Below are positions 61,561-64,000 of a DNA stretch of 64,000 nt, in pieces. Within the stretch, counting starts at the first letter, position 1, and each line of letters starts with the position of its first letter. The translations under genes and the position numbers were made by a program. A model generated the notes under the pieces. The model made no database searches, was not told the DNA's origin, and saw nothing but the letters and a program-made list of their open reading frames with translations. The DNA is taken from positions 93,622,001 to 93,686,000 of the forward strand of contig NW_024704743.1 of NCBI RefSeq assembly GCF_018977255.1, written 5' to 3'. Source of the DNA: Callorhinchus milii. Its lineage: Eukaryota.

Positions 61561-62548
61561 GATGCAAGAAAGCAGAGGAGGGAAGACCTGTATTTTGATA
61601 GCACCTTATCAGGTAAAAACAATTTAAAAACTCCACGAGTATTTGTTGTCAAATGCCGTGACTGTTTTGGTAAGCAAACGTGGAATGATTACATAAACCA
61701 TGTCACAATTGAGACCTCATGATAACACTGAGGAACCACCTTTATCTGCAGTCATCAATGCTGCAAGTGAAATGAAAACTAACTGAGGTGTAAATGTTGA
61801 TCATAACTGCACAAAATGTACAGACCACGTTGTAGAGTTGGGAAATGGTGCCAGTGGCCACTGTCAGTAACTGGGATTAATTAAGAGCAAAATGTGATTA
61901 CAGCTGCATTTCAAGACTTTATTCAAGGAACTTGAAAGAGTAAAGGACGTCAGCAATTTCCAGCACCACAATGGTCTGTGGAAATTAACATAAAACAGTA
62001 ATGAGAATCATAAATTCTGCTGAAAAGGAGGAGGAAGTCAATCACCTCACGGTCAGAAGGAAACATGTCCCAGCAACCAGTTCGAAGAATGCTGAATATG
62101 TTGGTGGAAAGGAAAAAGGCTAGATTTCTGTTTAGGAAGTTATATTTACAAAAGTAACTGGAAGCCCTGTTTACCATTAAGGTTGACAAACTATAAACAG
62201 TTTTCTAACCATCAGCACAGCTTATGATGTAGGAATTTTGTTGATTCTTGTTTTGTTGAACTTCGATTACTCGGACTCAAAATTTCTCATGTCAGTAGGC
62301 CTAAGACCTTTGTCATAACATTAGACATCATGCTGAATTGTAATAAACAATTCCAAACGTATTTGGAAGCCAAGGTTCCACAATCCTTTTTGTTATTGCA
62401 GAAAATCATCATTCAAATTAGGATTAAATTTAACTATGTTTCCCCAAATTATGCATAATCTTAATTTCTAAGGCCTTCAGCCTTCAAACAAAAGAGTTTG
62501 GGTCCAGCTGCCTAACCCTCAGTTTATCAGACTGTTTGTCTGTTTGCA

Positions 62549-62750
62549 CTCTGGAACTCTCTCTCTCAAAAGGCTGTGGATGCTGGGGGATCAATTTAAA
62601 TTTTCAAGACTGAGGTTGATAGATTTTTGTTAAGTAAGGATATCAAGGGATATGGAGCAAAGGCAGGTAAATGGACTTGAGGTACAGATCATGATTTAAT
62701 AGAATGGTGGAACAGGTTCGTGGGTTTGAATATCCTACTCCTGTTCCTAC
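62549..62750 (+). mobile_element. CR1 3' fragment
   Basis: tggaactctct...aaggctgtggatgc...ttcaagactgaggttgatagattt...cctactcctgttcct. Confidence 0.8.
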
Positions 62751-63029
62751 ATTGCTGTGTTCTACAGAAGTCCTATCTCTGTGACTCAACTGCTACTGTA
62801 GATTTCCAGCTCATGCAGTCTGATATTGAAAAAATATATTACAGTAATAAAGATACATAAACACCTGGAATAGGTGTACTATTGTAAAAAAAAATAAGAT
62901 AATAATTTCAAGATTTACGTCTTTGACCTGGCTTTCTCTCTCTTTCTCCCTCTGGCAGATTCCAGAACACAAAGACATCATCTACAAATTAAAGCTAAAC
63001 CTGTTAGCTGTAACATAAGATGATATTTC

Positions 63030-63240
63030 TTTATTGAGGGATTTGTGGGATTGTAGAATTCACTTCATCAAAGGACTGTTTATGCAGAGTCAGTGGGAGT
63101 GTTTGAGATTGAAGTAGATAAATACTAGACTAGTTTGGGTATCAAGGAGTATGGAGGAAAGACAGGCAAATGATATTGGATTATAGTTCAGGTATGATCT
63201 AAGAAAATAGCAGAGAAGGCTCAACAGGCCTAATGGTGAA
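63030..63240 (+). mobile_element. Old CR1 3' fragment
   Basis: Homologous to 62549-62750, more diverged. Confidence 0.65.
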
Positions 63241-63647
63241 ATCCAGCTCAACACAACACAGGATAGCATCTTGAATAATGAAACAAAGGTGGGGATGGAT
63301 GCCAAATACATACACAGACATACAATCTCAACTGAGAACATTGCTCACTTTCCATTTTGTTTTTTGAGGAGATGATTGACCAGTGAACTTTCAAGTTCAT
63401 TGATATCTTGAAAGTATAGACTTGCCCTCAATCCTGTGAATTACAATCTAACTGATAGCATTGTCCTAGCTGAGCTGCAAGGGACCCTACCATTTCATTG
63501 TTATATTCTTATGATCCAAGTGATTATATAATTGTTAATTGGAAGGAAGAGATGAAATGAGCTGAAGGGCCTTCTTTATCCAAATTGCCTTTCTGTCTTG
63601 TGACAGATTGTTTATCAGTTTATCTGTGCCAAACATAGTACCTCTCA

Positions 63648-64000
63648 CAACAACAACAAAATTACATTTATAGAGCATCCCAAGGTGCTGGACAGTCAGG
63701 GGTCAGGACCCAAGCATGGGAGAGGGATGGGGTAGGGGTGAGAGAAGGCAGAGAGGTGGAGGGCGACTGAAGGCACAATCGAAGAGGAGGGTCTTGAGAC
63801 CGGCTTTGAAGGAGGCAAGGGAGTAAGCGAGGCGAAGGATCTGTGGGATGGAGTTCCAGAGTGTGAAAAGAGAGGCTGAAAGCTTGGCCACCAATGGTAG
63901 AGCGGGTCGCGGGGAGACATGGAGCAGGCCGGAGCCAGCCGAACGGAGGGAGCGGGCAGGTTGGTAGGGAGTCAGCAGGTCAGAGAGGTAGGAGGGGGCA
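63648..64000 (-). mobile_element. L2 3' end running off the window
   Basis: (CAA)n tail; LWNSIPQILRLAYSLASFKAGLKTLLFD. Confidence 0.88.

Overview
Vertebrate genomic DNA, most likely a cartilaginous fish (inferred from the DeuSINE/L2/CR1/Penelope repeat landscape; not verifiable here). One protein-coding gene is supported: a three-exon Snail-family zinc-finger repressor on the + strand (join 4167-4245, 4630-5220, 6427-6608; 283 aa) with a SNAG motif, a diverged Slug-like domain and five fingers. It is SNAI2-like overall but carries several Snai1-type residues. It sits in a transposon-free, CpG-retaining zone (~1.1-9.8 kb) that starts with a ~1 kb strand-skewed (CCCAG/CCCTG/CCCCAG)n array and ends at a CTCF-like motif. 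The remaining ~54 kb has no recognisable genes. It is filled with nested retroposons (a young tRNA-Ala-headed SINE, older DeuSINE-type copies, L2 and CR1 fragments, a Penelope-like fragment with a decayed hammerhead ribozyme), a few DNA-transposon MITEs and some unique enhancer-like stretches. Repeat boundaries were read by eye and are approximate. I found no convincing wholly new biological system. The best leads are the mosaic Snail gene, the upstream G4/R-loop-prone array, and the SINE/L2 evolutionary relationships.
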